A stretch of 64,000 nt of DNA from a virus. The stretch lies in IMG/VR virus record IMGVR_UViG_3300012944_000024, positions 34,408-98,407 of that record; one strand, written 5' to 3'. Below, one piece after another: positions 63,930 to 64,000 of the stretch; position 1 is the stretch's first letter; every line of letters begins with the position of its first letter. The position numbers and the translations under genes are program-made. A model generated the notes under the pieces. The model made no database searches and was not told the DNA's origin. It saw only the letters and a list, made by a program, of their open reading frames with translations.

Positions 63930-64000
63930 TTACCCCGACCCCGACCCCGACCCCGACCGCGACCGCGACCCCGACCGCGACCGCGACCGCGACCCCGACC
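63930..64000 (-). repeat. Hexamer repeat encoding the (SG/SR)n C-terminus of a gene entering from beyond the window
   Basis: CCCCGA/CCGCGA units; minus frame reads SGSRSRSRSGSRSRSGSGSGSG*. Confidence 0.8.

Larger units (their letters stand above)
1..64000 (-). mobile_element. Contractile-tailed (myovirus-type) phage genome segment, probable Myxococcota host
   Basis: Co-oriented minus-strand terminase, portal, capsid, sheath, tube, tape measure and baseplate genes with ATGA/TGATG overlaps; no host housekeeping genes seen. Confidence 0.95.

Overview
About 64 kb of a GC-rich (roughly 70% by eye) tailed phage with a contractile tail, almost entirely encoded on the minus strand. The host is probably a myxobacterium (inferred from a myxobacterial-type sigma-r4 HTH protein, many Cys-rich lipoproteins and a captured Ser/Thr-kinase fragment). 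In transcription order (right to left) the window holds small early/accessory genes including an MT-A70 methyltransferase; a terminase large subunit with a LAGLIDADG intein; about 21 kb of accessory, fibre-like and lysis genes; portal; MuF head protein with a zincin C-terminus plus a small coupled gene; scaffold; major capsid; neck; sheath; tube; frameshifted tail chaperones; tape measure; and baseplate. I recognised no integrase, replication genes, tRNA or CRISPR array, so the genome continues beyond the window. The most striking unexplained signal is a 16-bp perfect palindrome, GGGAACCCGGGTTCCC, found 12 times exactly plus once with one mismatch, most often 5-19 nt downstream of stop codons. 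Other notable signals are a second operator-like palindrome (GGACA-N4-TGTCY, 3 copies), fibre-like proteins carrying signal peptides placed between terminase and portal, and a MuF toxin/immunity-like pair. Product calls come from motif recognition and synteny; no database search was run.
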